Shown here: in pieces, positions 1 to 11,496 of the stretch
Numbering within the stretch: the stretch's first letter is position 1
Layout: every line of letters begins with the position of its first letter
Assembly: GCA_032718475.1 (NCBI GenBank)
Contig: JAUCBJ010000210.1
Location: 1-52,291, forward strand
Length of the DNA: 52,291 bases
Direction: 5' to 3'
Origin: Nemertoderma westbladi
Taxonomy: Eukaryota > Animalia > Xenacoelomorpha
Translations under genes and position numbers: made by a program
The notes under the pieces: model-generated
What the model was told of the DNA's origin: nothing
What the model saw: the letters and a program-made list of their open reading frames with translations, nothing else
Databases searched by the model: none

Positions 1-382
1 GTTCTGAAATTACGCAATAATTAATTTTACCCATAACAACTATTAATGTACTGTACCAACATACAGCACCACAAGTTTGCTGCCTAGGGCCTATACCTAC
101 TAAATAAAATTCGGCTGTGCCATCTTTCAGTAACATCTACGATGTCAGTATAATATCAAAGCTGTAAAAAAATTAATATTATGATGAAACATATATGTTT
201 CGCAAACAATTCGAATTCACAAACAATGTTAATATTGGACTAGACTGTGAAGTTCTGTTCATATAAGAGTGCGATTTAAATGGAATTGTTGGAAAATGAA
301 ATCCACAAGTTACTAATTGTTAGGCTGAAAGTAAGGAGAGGGGAGGGGGGGGGGGGGGGTAGAATTCCTTATTAAAGATTAG

Positions 383-429
383 CCCCAATGTCCCTCTCGT
401 CAACCCAAGGTGTTGACGGGACATTGGGG
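383..429. repeat. inverted repeat / hairpin
   Basis: ccccaatgtccc..gtcaac..gttgac gggacattgggg, self-complementary arms. Confidence 0.7.
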
Positions 430-2464
430 ATCTTGTTTAGTACCAAAAATATTTCAAATTTTATTTAAAACCAACAAAAAAATAAAATATCAAAGAATGA
501 AAACTAAATTTTACTGTGTAACAAAATACTTGGTTAATATTACTGTAAGTATTTGCATTAAAATAAAAAATTTATTTGCATAATTATCACAAAAGCACCT
601 TTTTTATTCTTTGCTTTTGTAAATACGCTAAAAAATATATCAGTATTTGTATAAAATGCAAAATAATAAATTAAATAAATTTTAATTATGAAATATAACA
701 ATATATTTATGGTATATAGCTATAGCTCTTTATACTATTAATATATTTATATAATATAATTAATATTATTATTATTTAGTATAATATATTAAAGATTCAA
801 TACTAAATTGTAAATTTAACTTGTTCAATTAATAAAATAATTTCTGCACATGGCAGTATAGGACCACAAACTTGATAAATGGGCATACATTTAAACCAAT
901 ACGACGTCACAAATGTTAACACTGTAACTGAATATAGGCACAGGTTATATATAAGTCAATCGATAGACAATAACAAAATTAAAAAGCATTAAATACCGCG
1001 GTAGTTTGGTATCCCTACCCGGATGCGGTTTGGATGAAACGAAGACATGAAAGTTAAAAACTCAACGAACCAAAGCGTGTCTGGTCGACTGATGGACACC
1101 GAACCACTCGCGAATTTAAACTGGGGATCCCAACTCACTCCGGAACGCAACCCATACTGCGATAATAACTCATCGCTTGCTGTTGCATTGAATTGCTCTA
1201 CCGCAGTTGACCCACGGAAGTTTTGCACTTTGTATTTCAGTATTTCGTGCCGCTGATTCTAGAGCCTAAGATTTCATCCGGTAACCGTTGCAAGTACCAT
1301 AAACCACGCGATGTAATCGTACCGATACCACAAAGTCTCTTTAGTTTCACCTGCATGTTTGCTTTTAGCGAAGTCCTGCTTACGAGGCCAAGGGCCGGAA
1401 GTCGCGATGATAGAGTTCCGGTACGAGCATCTCTCGACCTTCGCCGTCCAGAAATATGTGAGAACATTATCGCAAACGTACTGGCACCCAGTCAGCCAGT
1501 GCCAATTTGTGTCGTCAACGTTTAAGACTCAGCAGTCATCTCTTGCAGAAGGAGATGAATCGTTAGGATAAGCTGCAAGTGATCCTCACCTCATAGGGAT
1601 CCTCGGAAATAAGGATTACAACGTCTGAACTCGAAGTTTAGAACAGCAGTATAATGCAGGCAGATTGTATAAAATAAGCAGTAGGTAGGTAGGTGGAACT
1701 TAGAACAGAGGGAAGTCGGACTCCTGAGTTTACTAAAATCCTAAGGTTATTAGCCCCTTGCGTGACTGCCGGTTTTGTCTGAGTTCGCTCGACCTAGTAG
1801 TAGTACGGTCACTGTGGAATTGCTACTGAAAGAACAGTTGATATGAGTAAACAGAAATGCTAGGCATAGGGGCCTAGTTCAATCACAGTACTGCAGTACC
1901 GGTATTAGACTCACTAAAAATTAAAAAATATTCAATGAAATACTGAAATAGGCCTAATTATACAACAACCATCAGAACGTACTGCCGTACAGTCGTACCG
2001 AACCTGATAACCTGCAGACACGCCTAGAATACAAGTACAAGGTATAGTATGTAGAATGTAGGTATGGCAGTAAGGCCTGTGGAAGTATTGGCGGCGGTCT
2101 GGCGGTAGCCTACTGCAGCAGGCGTTCCAGTTGTACCGCAGACAGGTAATACAGTAATAGGAAATCAAACACTAACTGCTGAACTGCTAGGCCTAGCAGA
2201 AGAACAGTGCCAGTACACATAAGGCTGCAAAGTCAATGCTAGCAGCAGCATTCAAAGAATGATACCACACAGCCAGCTGTGAGTTCATTATCCTTGCCTC
2301 ACACTAAGAGTGTTGCTGCTGCTAGGATACAAATTATCTGTTATTGGCTAGAGCTGTACCATTGGTTGGCTTTCATGTTATGATATTCAAATGGTTTGAT
2401 GGAGGGAATTTCAAAATAGTCAAATAATACAACAATAATGAAATTTTTAATATGATGTGCAATT

Positions 2465-4203
2465 ATAAAAATCGCTGTAACTCTGGTGCAACACGACCGT
2501 ATTCGATGAAATTTTCATTGTTACGTACGGTAATTAATGCGTTTACAATTGCTATACTCAATATATTTATAATCGGTATGATTTTTAAACTATAAGAGTT
2601 TAAGAGCCGGGAATTGCCAAATTGTGGCCACGTAAGCCAGATTTGACCACAAAATTGACCAGGTTCGTTCAACTCTTGAAAATTTTGGAATATGTCAATT
2701 TTGTTCTACTATCATGTTCTATAAATGACCGAAGTTAAAAAAAATATAATTCCTAGGAAGTTGTTTTATTTTTGATAAATATGTAATTTTATGGTGAAAA
2801 TTGGTTAATTTTGTTAAAAATGAGTGAAAATTTGACGGTTTGGAGTAAAATTGGGTGGGTTGGGCCAACTCATATAAATTGTTGCCAGTGTCATTTTTCT
2901 TATCCTAAAACGTTCTTTAATTGAGCACAGTTTTAGAAAATATAATTCCTAGGAAGTTCTTAAACTAAAGCTCAGACTTTCAAAAAGACGGTCATTTAAC
3001 GGACTTTTTTTATTTGTCTGTCATACCTACACATATCGTTGAAATCGAAAATGGCATGCATATTCGGATTCAGCACACAAAAATGTACCTATATAGTATA
3101 TTTTGAGGTAATCTGAGGCTAAAATAAAAAAAAATGAAAAAATGAAAAAAAATTTCGCCAAAATTTGCCAAACTTCCAAAAATACTTAACTTGCTCAGAT
3201 TTTCATGAAATTTGGTACGGATGTGCCCAAAGCAATTCTAAGAAACTAATTTGAAGGATTTACGGAAAAATGCAATTTAAGCTGATATATCGCATTTTGA
3301 GTGCCTAATTTTAGGCTAAATTTCAAGAAAATACAGATTTCCTAAGTTTGGCCCTTATTTACTACATGAAGCAAAGACTTTTTGTATTAACATTAAATGG
3401 ATAACATGTAGAGCTATCTTATCCATCTGTGATGTTAAAGTTTCAGAAAAATATAAACAGACAATTCGGAGAAAACCACTTTCTACCAAAACCTATTTTG
3501 TCAACTTCCAAAATTACCATTTTTTGGCCCCAATTTCCGGCCCTTAATATTCAGGCAACGCACAATATCAATAACAGTAATGGAACTCCCATCTTCCCTC
3601 TATATAACGCAAGTGGAACGGTTTCGTTCTAATTAAAAGATACAGAGTTATAACGATTTAAAAATTGTCAAAAATATCCAAATTTGGCCCAAAATTGGCC
3701 AAAAGTTAAATTATTGGCATACTGTTAAATATTTTTGGCCAATATTTTGACCCGATGAACAACTGTATTGGATATGTATTCGGTATGAGTTTCAATCGAA
3801 ATAGCCAAGCTGCTTTGGTGATAGCGAGAAAACAATGTAAAAATTTACCATTTTGATAATTTTTGGGTAAAATTAAAATGTGGCCAAAATGGCCAAATTT
3901 GGCTAAACGAAATTTTTTAATGAAACTTGCAAATTTATCCGCGCACAAAGTCTCCGGAGAACATTTGAAGATTTCAGTCACCTTCATCCCGAATTTCACC
4001 AATTAGTGCTAGAAGTTTCCAAATTGGGGCAAAAATCCACTTTTGGTTGCCAATTTGGAAATGTTGGGGAACTAAATTGAAAAAACAAAAGCGTACAAAA
4101 TTCTTAGAATAACAAAAACTACAAACGTGGCAAATTTCAGAGAATATAATTCCTAGGAAGTTGTAAAACGCCCCGAGTAAGCTCCACTTTCTATATACTA
4201 ATG
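2465..4203. mobile_element. AT-rich non-coding repeat, probable non-autonomous DNA element (family unresolved, ends approximate)
   Basis: 20-mer aatataattcctaggaagtt at 2743, 2939 and 4143; many ttggcc/aaattt motifs; no credible ORF. Confidence 0.4.
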
Positions 4204-4299
4204 TTGGAACGCCTACGCCCGGTGTGGGAGAATCCTCACGAAGGATCCTCCCACGTTGTGTTGTTTTTAGGTTTACATAAGAACCGCATGGAAGCGGTC

Positions 4300-4455
4300 C
4301 ACCTCGCAGCCGCCTAGCCACCCTCGCAGCTAGTCACGCAGTCAGCCTCGCGGTACGCAGTCAGCCTCGCAGCCAGCCTCGCGGCACGCAGTCAGCCTGG
4401 CGGTCGGTCACGCAGTCAACCAGCCAGCCACGCAGCTAGGCACGCAGTCAGCCTG
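4300..4455 (+). repeat. degenerate short tandem repeat (cacgcagtcagcct-like) downstream of the TBP-like gene
   Basis: repeated cgcagtcagcct / cgcagccagcc units. Confidence 0.75.
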
Positions 4456-4561
4456 TGAGAGTCATACTTATTCAAACGAGGTTAGTTTTCCCTATCTACC
4501 GATAGATTGATTGAAAAATAATAATGTTTAATTTTCACCTTCTAATCACCAACACCTAAAG

Positions 4562-5095
4562 TTACAACACCATAACACCAAACATTAATAAATAATTAAC
4601 AAGTTTACTAAATATAGGGTAATAAATGTGAAATTTGCTAGGTGAACACATTAAAGTACATTTACCAGTATGAAAGCAGCAAATGACTACGGTATTATTT
4701 ATTCTTATTTTGCAATTATTAAAAATTTCAGGTTCATATATAACTTGAAGTTGCACATTATCAAAGACAACATAAAACCCGGTATTGTTTATCAATAACC
4801 TATAGACTACAGACTTAATACTAAAAATATAAGTACATAAATTAACAGATTTTAAAATCAAATTAATACTAGTTTTATCAAATATATGCTTTTTTACTTT
4901 TTGGAAATTATACTTACTGCCTAATAATGTAATACGACCATTTTTAAATATTAATAATGTGGCACTAAATATCTTATATATAAACTGATTTGGTTTGAGT
5001 ATGTGTTTACCAGATAATTGATTTTTTAATTCTTTAAAATTAATCACTGACACTTGCTGGCAACTTACATTCTTATTAACTATCTGATAGTTCAT
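4562..5095 (-). CDS. divergent TATA-box-binding protein (TBP)-like protein
   Basis: Two TBP half-repeats: ATLLIFKNGRITLLGSK (cf. LIFSSGKMVCTGAK) and YEPEIF...CCFHTGK (cf. YEPELFPG...LIFVSGK); 177 aa, core-domain size; intronless. Confidence 0.8.
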   Translation of the reverse strand: MNYQIVNKNVSCQQVSVINFKELKNQLSGKHILKPNQFIYKIFSATLLIFKNGRITLLGSKYNFQKVKKHIFDKTSINLILKSVNLCTYIFSIKSVVYRLLINNTGFYVVFDNVQLQVIYEPEIFNNCKIRINNTVVICCFHTGKCTLMCSPSKFHIYYPIFSKLVNYLLMFGVMVL

Positions 5096-8000
5096 TGTTT
5101 GGCTCCCGATAAATAGGTATATTGTTTTTCTTTACAGGTTTCTCAACCTTTGTTTGATAGTGACCCCAGGGAAGCGAATGATTTTTATTAACCCAATAAA
5201 GTTTATCGTCAAATGCGCTGAGAGCAAACTTATCTCGTGCTACAGTGTACACTTTGTGTAATTGACTCTGAAATTGGTGCGTTTCCTTGGAAATTTCTAA
5301 GTTATCCTTATATGCTCTTAAATAATCTTCGTGGCAAATATTTTTATCCACGACAGCTCTTGTTATTCCTTTCGCCCGTCGTATATTGGAATCATTCCAT
5401 TCCAAAATTGAATATAATTTTGGTCTTAAAAATACTGCTTGTTTAATCTCTCGTGAGGCTAGTTCATCTTTACAGTAATAGAGTCTGGATTTATTTTTAT
5501 CGCTATAGAGAGGGTGATCCTTGGGGTAATTGGATGTATCTAAAATATTATTTTTAATTAAGGCTTTTAAAAAATTATTCTGCGATGTATTATAGTAACA
5601 ACCTATTAAAGAGTCCGTATCTGATGCTACAATTTCAATTCGACAGTTTAATTCTTTCTCAATAGGTAGCAATTTATCGTAATACAGCTCATACATATCC
5701 AATTTAGCCAAGTCCAAGACAGTACTACCTACATAGACCGGCTTATCGAGAGTTACAGAGTCTTTTACTAATAAGTGTCCCGATAAGGAATCATTATAAA
5801 TCATGAAATTTTCGTGATTTATACGTTTGACTAATAAATCGCATTTCTCTTTACTATTAGCGATACGAAAGTTGCATCTGTCCCTTATCTTCTCTATCGT
5901 TTTTCCAAATAACGAATTATTCAGAAGCTTCGCAACAGCTGTTTCAATGTAAGTTTTTGACTGTCGCCTTTGATTAATATTAAAATCTATATAGGGTTTA
6001 AATACAAAGTCTTGATGGAAAGAATATAATTTATGGAGCTTAGTAACAATTAAACCTTGTTTTATATAAAATTTTAACAGTTTTAAATTTACATGATAGA
6101 ATTCCTTATCGAATTGTGTCAACATAAGTTTTGGAGCACACATCTTATAATTGCTATTAGTACCTCTTTGTTTACAAACATGATTATATTGTTCCCTCAT
6201 ATATGGTGAAAGCATTGTCTCATTTATACTTAAATGTTCTGGGGCTAAGGGTAGTTCTAATGTACGATCATGAATATCTTTGGGATATTTCAAATCGCAA
6301 ATTAAGAAAAACCCAATATCCCCTTCAGTATCAAGATTTGTCAAATAGTTTATTAGTTCTTCTGGAGCAGCATTCTCTAAATATGTAACGTTGACTTGTT
6401 CAAAACCTGAAACAGGTAGCTTTTTACTTAAATTACCCGAATACAAGGAATTAAAATCTATATTGAAAATATGACACTCTTCCTTGCTTGGATCATAATT
6501 ATCAGTATCTGGTATATTTGATTCTATGTAATGCTTTCGACAGAATGAAACCCCACCTCTAATAGATGCTTCAAAATCTCTATATGTTTGGTAATCTTTT
6601 ATTAATGCTAACTTACATTTATTGTATTTCAGGGCGCAATCATAAGTGAAAGCTGCGATACTACAATAATAAACTACTTCTAATTCGTAGTTTTGTCTAC
6701 ACACTCTCCTAAAGTTCTCAAATATATCAGCGAGGAGACAAACATCGAGTTTTAAGTATGCTAAAAGATAATCCTTGAGATTTGTACACTCAAACTGACT
6801 CCATGATGCGTTGGCAAAACTATATTCCTCGGGAGTACAGGTATTTTGTGTTAATTTACTATAAAATTTGTCTATTGATGGTAATTTCGAATCATTGAAT
6901 TTATTTAAATCTGTCAGATACTCGTAGGGAAATATACCTTTTCGTTTAATTGTTGCATTATTTAAATTTGGATAAAAATATTTCATTTGCTGTTCAGTAA
7001 TTGGTAGAACTGATGTTATATCCTCGCTGTCTATATCCTTTGTTGAACAATCAACTAAAGTACTTAGGGAAAAGGATAAAAATTGATATGTGTCTAAGAC
7101 ACGTAGCTCGATCTTAGTTTTTTCATCTTTCACCGGTATATGCATGCTTAGTGAAATATACCTTTCAGAATTTTTAGGGATTACCTTTATATCCCAATCG
7201 GAATATCTATTGTTGGTAAAACCAACTTGTAAAAGAAAATGCAAATCGTAGTGATTGCAGTTGTGTGCAGCGAGTATATACATGTGTCGTTTCAACGATA
7301 AAGAGCGGTTACATGCGTTACAAGCGGCTGCTATATAGTTACCAGTAATATGTGAGTGATGTTTATTTTTCTCAGACTTATCCTTAAATAAAACATTGCA
7401 ATAAAAGCAAGTTTTAGCTTTCCAAAAACTTAACTTATCTACATCGTTAAGTATAATCTTCTCTCGTGTATGGGTTTCTGCCCACTTATATAATTGGGTG
7501 ATGTCATTATATACAGAGTCTAAAAAGTCTTGAATACAGTTGTTGTCGATTGTTTTTGTAAAGGTCTTCAAATAAAATTTTGGTGGATTGATTAATTCAC
7601 TACTAGGAACAATTAAATAACTTACAGCGCATGGAATATGATTCTGAATAAATTTACTGTTGGTGGCTGGCTCCAAAATAGATTCTATGTCAAAATATAT
7701 TACAAACAATGCTGGTAATGTTCTGTCTAAATTTCTAAAGCTAATGTGAGTTCTTTTTTCAGACGGTAGCTTCTCAACTTGACTTTTTCCTCGATAACAA
7801 GCAAGACGGTGACGTTCTAGAACATTTCTGTAGAAATGCGACAAACACCGTTCGCAATATTTCCTACATCTAATATGCTTACCTGTTGTATTCATCAAAC
7901 GATTCAAGTTAGTTATGCAAACATAATGTGATTGTTTACTCGTATTCTTATTTTTTACAAGTAATATATTCAATAACTCTTTATCTGGAGTGATTTTACT

Positions 8001-9086
8001 AAATGGAGCCTGTCTTAATATAGATACTCGATTGTTGTCGTAGAGTAATAAATTAATTATATATGCTGAATTCTGTTTTTCAAAAAGTTTAATTGCAAGC
8101 TGCCATTCTGTTGGATAATCATTTTTCCCATTGTGAAAAATGAAATGACTCATATAATTTTTGTACTGCGAAGTACGATATTTGTTGTTCTTCACTTTGC
8201 TACTAAATTTTGTGGCTATAATTGCCCATTTAAAACAATCATTATCAGCCGTTTGTATATTTATAACACATCGTTTACTCGATAGAGCCTTAGGTAACTC
8301 CATATAACCGTGACCTTTATATTCCAGTGACTTACACTTGGATTCAGCTACTTTAATTTCCACTATTAATAAAGATTTAACGCGCCACCCTGAGCCACGA
8401 GTGTTAAATATGGCTATTTTTTGCATTAATTTTTCTAGTACATACTCAAACCATGTGTCAAAACTTTCATGTGAATCTACGGTATTAACTGAACCACCTG
8501 GAGAACTAAAATAGAAAGTTTCTTCTTGGTCACCCTCTGAAAAATGTGATCGATACATGAGTATATTCACACCTAGCCAGGGTCTAAGTACATTCATTTC
8601 GCTAAGTTTTCCTAATAATAAGTTTTTAATATGGGGTAGAATATGAACTATTGATGAATGAATATCAGGAAAATCTTCATCATTCGGAAGATTGTAAACA
8701 TAGATTTCTAAACGGTTATCGTGTGCGGATCGTTCGATGCTAAAAATTGATGGACCTTGACCAGATTTCAGTCTTTTTCTAGATGCTACAGTATTGTTTT
8801 GGTTCCGTTGTGGTCTAACATGATAATAACGTTGGTGACAGTCGTGACGTAAATAATTCTCATATAAATACTCTTTATTACAAGTAGGGAAAGTTTTTTC
8901 ATACACGCAAAGCTTCATTTCTTTACATCCCGTAGTTGATTCATGTCGTTTGCATATTTCTTCACGTGAACATTTCACATGACAATTAAAACAATTGTAT
9001 TCTTCAAAATGCGACTTCAGATGAGATAAATAGTTATGTTTAGAAATTTGAAGAGGACAAAATGGACATTTCAATTGTTTATCCAT
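5076..9086 (-). CDS. protein-primed-type family B DNA polymerase (Polinton/Maverick/Adintovirus-like) with N-terminal zinc fingers and an endonuclease-VII-like insert
   Basis: Uninterrupted 1336 aa; GSGW, exo motifs YFDIES, HN...YDLHF, YLKLDV; pol motifs DFNSLY, KLLNNSLFGK, SDTDS, RPKLY, AKG; N-terminal CxxC...HxxxH. Confidence 0.93.
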   Translation of the reverse strand: MDKQLKCPFCPLQISKHNYLSHLKSHFEEYNCFNCHVKCSREEICKRHESTTGCKEMKLCVYEKTFPTCNKEYLYENYLRHDCHQRYYHVRPQRNQNNTVASRKRLKSGQGPSIFSIERSAHDNRLEIYVYNLPNDEDFPDIHSSIVHILPHIKNLLLGKLSEMNVLRPWLGVNILMYRSHFSEGDQEETFYFSSPGGSVNTVDSHESFDTWFEYVLEKLMQKIAIFNTRGSGWRVKSLLIVEIKVAESKCKSLEYKGHGYMELPKALSSKRCVINIQTADNDCFKWAIIATKFSSKVKNNKYRTSQYKNYMSHFIFHNGKNDYPTEWQLAIKLFEKQNSAYIINLLLYDNNRVSILRQAPFSKITPDKELLNILLVKNKNTSKQSHYVCITNLNRLMNTTGKHIRCRKYCERCLSHFYRNVLERHRLACYRGKSQVEKLPSEKRTHISFRNLDRTLPALFVIYFDIESILEPATNSKFIQNHIPCAVSYLIVPSSELINPPKFYLKTFTKTIDNNCIQDFLDSVYNDITQLYKWAETHTREKIILNDVDKLSFWKAKTCFYCNVLFKDKSEKNKHHSHITGNYIAAACNACNRSLSLKRHMYILAAHNCNHYDLHFLLQVGFTNNRYSDWDIKVIPKNSERYISLSMHIPVKDEKTKIELRVLDTYQFLSFSLSTLVDCSTKDIDSEDITSVLPITEQQMKYFYPNLNNATIKRKGIFPYEYLTDLNKFNDSKLPSIDKFYSKLTQNTCTPEEYSFANASWSQFECTNLKDYLLAYLKLDVCLLADIFENFRRVCRQNYELEVVYYCSIAAFTYDCALKYNKCKLALIKDYQTYRDFEASIRGGVSFCRKHYIESNIPDTDNYDPSKEECHIFNIDFNSLYSGNLSKKLPVSGFEQVNVTYLENAAPEELINYLTNLDTEGDIGFFLICDLKYPKDIHDRTLELPLAPEHLSINETMLSPYMREQYNHVCKQRGTNSNYKMCAPKLMLTQFDKEFYHVNLKLLKFYIKQGLIVTKLHKLYSFHQDFVFKPYIDFNINQRRQSKTYIETAVAKLLNNSLFGKTIEKIRDRCNFRIANSKEKCDLLVKRINHENFMIYNDSLSGHLLVKDSVTLDKPVYVGSTVLDLAKLDMYELYYDKLLPIEKELNCRIEIVASDTDSLIGCYYNTSQNNFLKALIKNNILDTSNYPKDHPLYSDKNKSRLYYCKDELASREIKQAVFLRPKLYSILEWNDSNIRRAKGITRAVVDKNICHEDYLRAYKDNLEISKETHQFQSQLHKVYTVARDKFALSAFDDKLYWVNKNHSLPWGHYQTKVEKPVKKNNIPIYREPNNELSDS

Positions 9087-9632
9087 CTCTTTATTATCCT
9101 AAAAACAATTTAAAATTAATATGAATATTGTTATATATATATAATCAAAAAAATTCATAAGCTACTCAACACAAATAAAATATAATATCTAAACTTTAAT
9201 TAATTTAATATTTTCAGAATGAGCTCGATTGAATCAGTTGAGCTCTTTATATATATTTCAAGTTTCTACTTATACCAATCAATCATAAATAACAGTTACA
9301 TTGGGAACTAACATCATAAATAAAGTTGCTTTTACAACTGAATTCTTTATAATAAAATTAAGTCTAAACCAAGATGTACATAATGCGTTTTTAATTTTCA
9401 TTGATAAAGTAGGTTTTACATGCTAATGTTTTATTATGGTGGTGTAAACTCATGCATTTACATGCGAATGTTTTATACATAATCCCGTGCTCACATTAAA
9501 CTATCACCAATATTTACTCTATAAAGTCACCTTTACATGCAAATACTTTATAATAATCATGCTTTATGTTAAAAAGTTACCTTTACAAGTCAGTGTGAAA
9601 CTGAAAAAGAAAAGTCTCTAGTTAATAATAAA

Positions 9633-10676
9633 TCAATCTGATACTGCTTTTATATGTTCCTTATTGTAATCTGCTACCTCTTCACTTGCTTTTGTAACTT
9701 TTATTTTCTTTGTAGGTATAGAATCATTGTTGGGAATGGAAGATGTTTGAGATGTAGATCTGCGCTTTCTATCACTCGATGTCTCTTTGATGTATGTCTT
9801 TGGATTAAATGTGGATGAAACTACTTCTGGAAATGACTTATTAACCTTAAACTTCCAAGTTGGTTGATATAGAATCGTGAAACCGTCTGCTATATCAGTT
9901 GATGAAACCTTTAACATCATATCGTAGAGAAACTCTATATGTGGTATGTCTTTATCGTAATGTAACTGTAAATATTTGCTTTCCTTGTCTGCAATAATTA
10001 CTTTTTTTTCTTGTACATTTATTTTTACTTTAAGTCGGTCAGATAAAGCTTTATCGCTCGTATCTAGCTCTGAAAAGACACCTTCGTTACTAATTTCATA
10101 ATTCCATTCATACCACAATGAATTTACTTCTGATGCTGTTAAGTTAAACCCATTATAATACCTAAGACCAATAGCATCAGAATATCTAGCTGAAATCTCC
10201 CATAGTCCCATATAAGTCGTTCCTTTATATTTGCTTACAAAACCAACAAAAGATGGGTTGGTTAAATTAACAACAGAACACTGATTTATTATTTCGAGTG
10301 GTGGTGATAACAATTCTAATATTTCTGTCTTACTCTGAAGCAATAAATTAATGAGTGATTTGTTTAGAATTTGACATTTGCCTTGCTTCTGAATATATAC
10401 ATTTTCAGTAATAACACAGGTGGAAATATTTAACTTTCCTCTTGTAAATTCTATATTAGGATAAATATTACCTCTTGAAACTGATGATTCCTTTTGTCGG
10501 TTGATTAATATTTCTAAGACGTCTAGAAGGTAGAGTGTATCCCAGTAAGAGAAGCACGTTGTTACATTGCTATCACTTGAGTGTAATATAAAGTACTTGC
10601 CATAAACAATACTACAGGTATATTTATTACATGTAAATTTCCAAGTATTGCTTGAAGTTTTTTTAAATAAATCCAT
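9633..10676 (-). CDS. 347-aa protein with a PC4/Sub1-like ssDNA-binding motif and basic C-terminal tail
   Basis: aa ~143-187 FVSKYKGTTYMGLWE...NGFNLTASEVNSL resembles PC4 VRDFKGKVLIDIRE...KGISLNPEQWSQL; RKRR and KKIK near the C-terminus; same strand and AT-richness as the polymerase. ORF is solid, domain call tentative. Confidence 0.6.
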   Translation of the reverse strand: MDLFKKTSSNTWKFTCNKYTCSIVYGKYFILHSSDSNVTTCFSYWDTLYLLDVLEILINRQKESSVSRGNIYPNIEFTRGKLNISTCVITENVYIQKQGKCQILNKSLINLLLQSKTEILELLSPPLEIINQCSVVNLTNPSFVGFVSKYKGTTYMGLWEISARYSDAIGLRYYNGFNLTASEVNSLWYEWNYEISNEGVFSELDTSDKALSDRLKVKINVQEKKVIIADKESKYLQLHYDKDIPHIEFLYDMMLKVSSTDIADGFTILYQPTWKFKVNKSFPEVVSSTFNPKTYIKETSSDRKRRSTSQTSSIPNNDSIPTKKIKVTKASEEVADYNKEHIKAVSD

Positions 10677-11496
10677 AATTAGAATGAAAACTATTTTGAA
10701 AAATAAAAACTAAATAAATGATTATTAAAATGTAAAACTTCTGTTTATATGGTTGCTTTAATACAACAGAGTGACTTACAGTGAGGAATATAGTAGCTTT
10801 GTGTAACAGATGCAACGTGTACAGCTAAAATTATTACATTAGCGTGAGTTAGAGAGTGAAATAGCAGTAACGAGTAACAGATGCAACGTGACCAATGTTA
10901 GTCCTATCAATCTAACTTATATTCAACTTAGTTGACTGACCAGTCACATCGATAAAAGAAATCGATTATTATTAATAGTCGAATTAATGTATTCTATGCT
11001 ATAGTAATTATGATAAGGGACTAGATGCTATTTATAAACATCTGCTACCAGTGATGAAGATGAAGAATTCAATGACTATGGTATAACTCATATATTTATT
11101 GCCTTTTTCTCTCGAGGTTGGATGGAAAAGTGAGTTGAGAAATGTGGCAAAACACTAGGGTACAGCAACGTGGACAAGTAGCGAGTGGGAGGGTGGATAG
11201 GAATTCATTGAGTTGACAACAATCAATCAATAACAAACAACACTAAAGAGAGAGAGGGAGAGAAAAAGTGAAAGGAAGAGTAACCATCATAGCTACGGTA
11301 GGTATACGATAGGATGGTTAGGTTAGGCTACGTACTGTACAGTACAATATCATATCATATCAATCATCGATTGAATATTTTGTTATAACTCGGATATTTA
11401 TCGCCTTTTTCTCTCGTGGTTAGATGGGAGAGTGAGTGGCGAGTTGTGGGGGGTTATATTGGTCCCGAGTTCGAATCCGGTTGAATATTTTGTTAT

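Noticed and set aside
989-1571. Cluster of short ORFs in a moderately GC-rich block
   Set aside because: No recognisable motif in any frame; may be a decayed TE gene but cannot be supported
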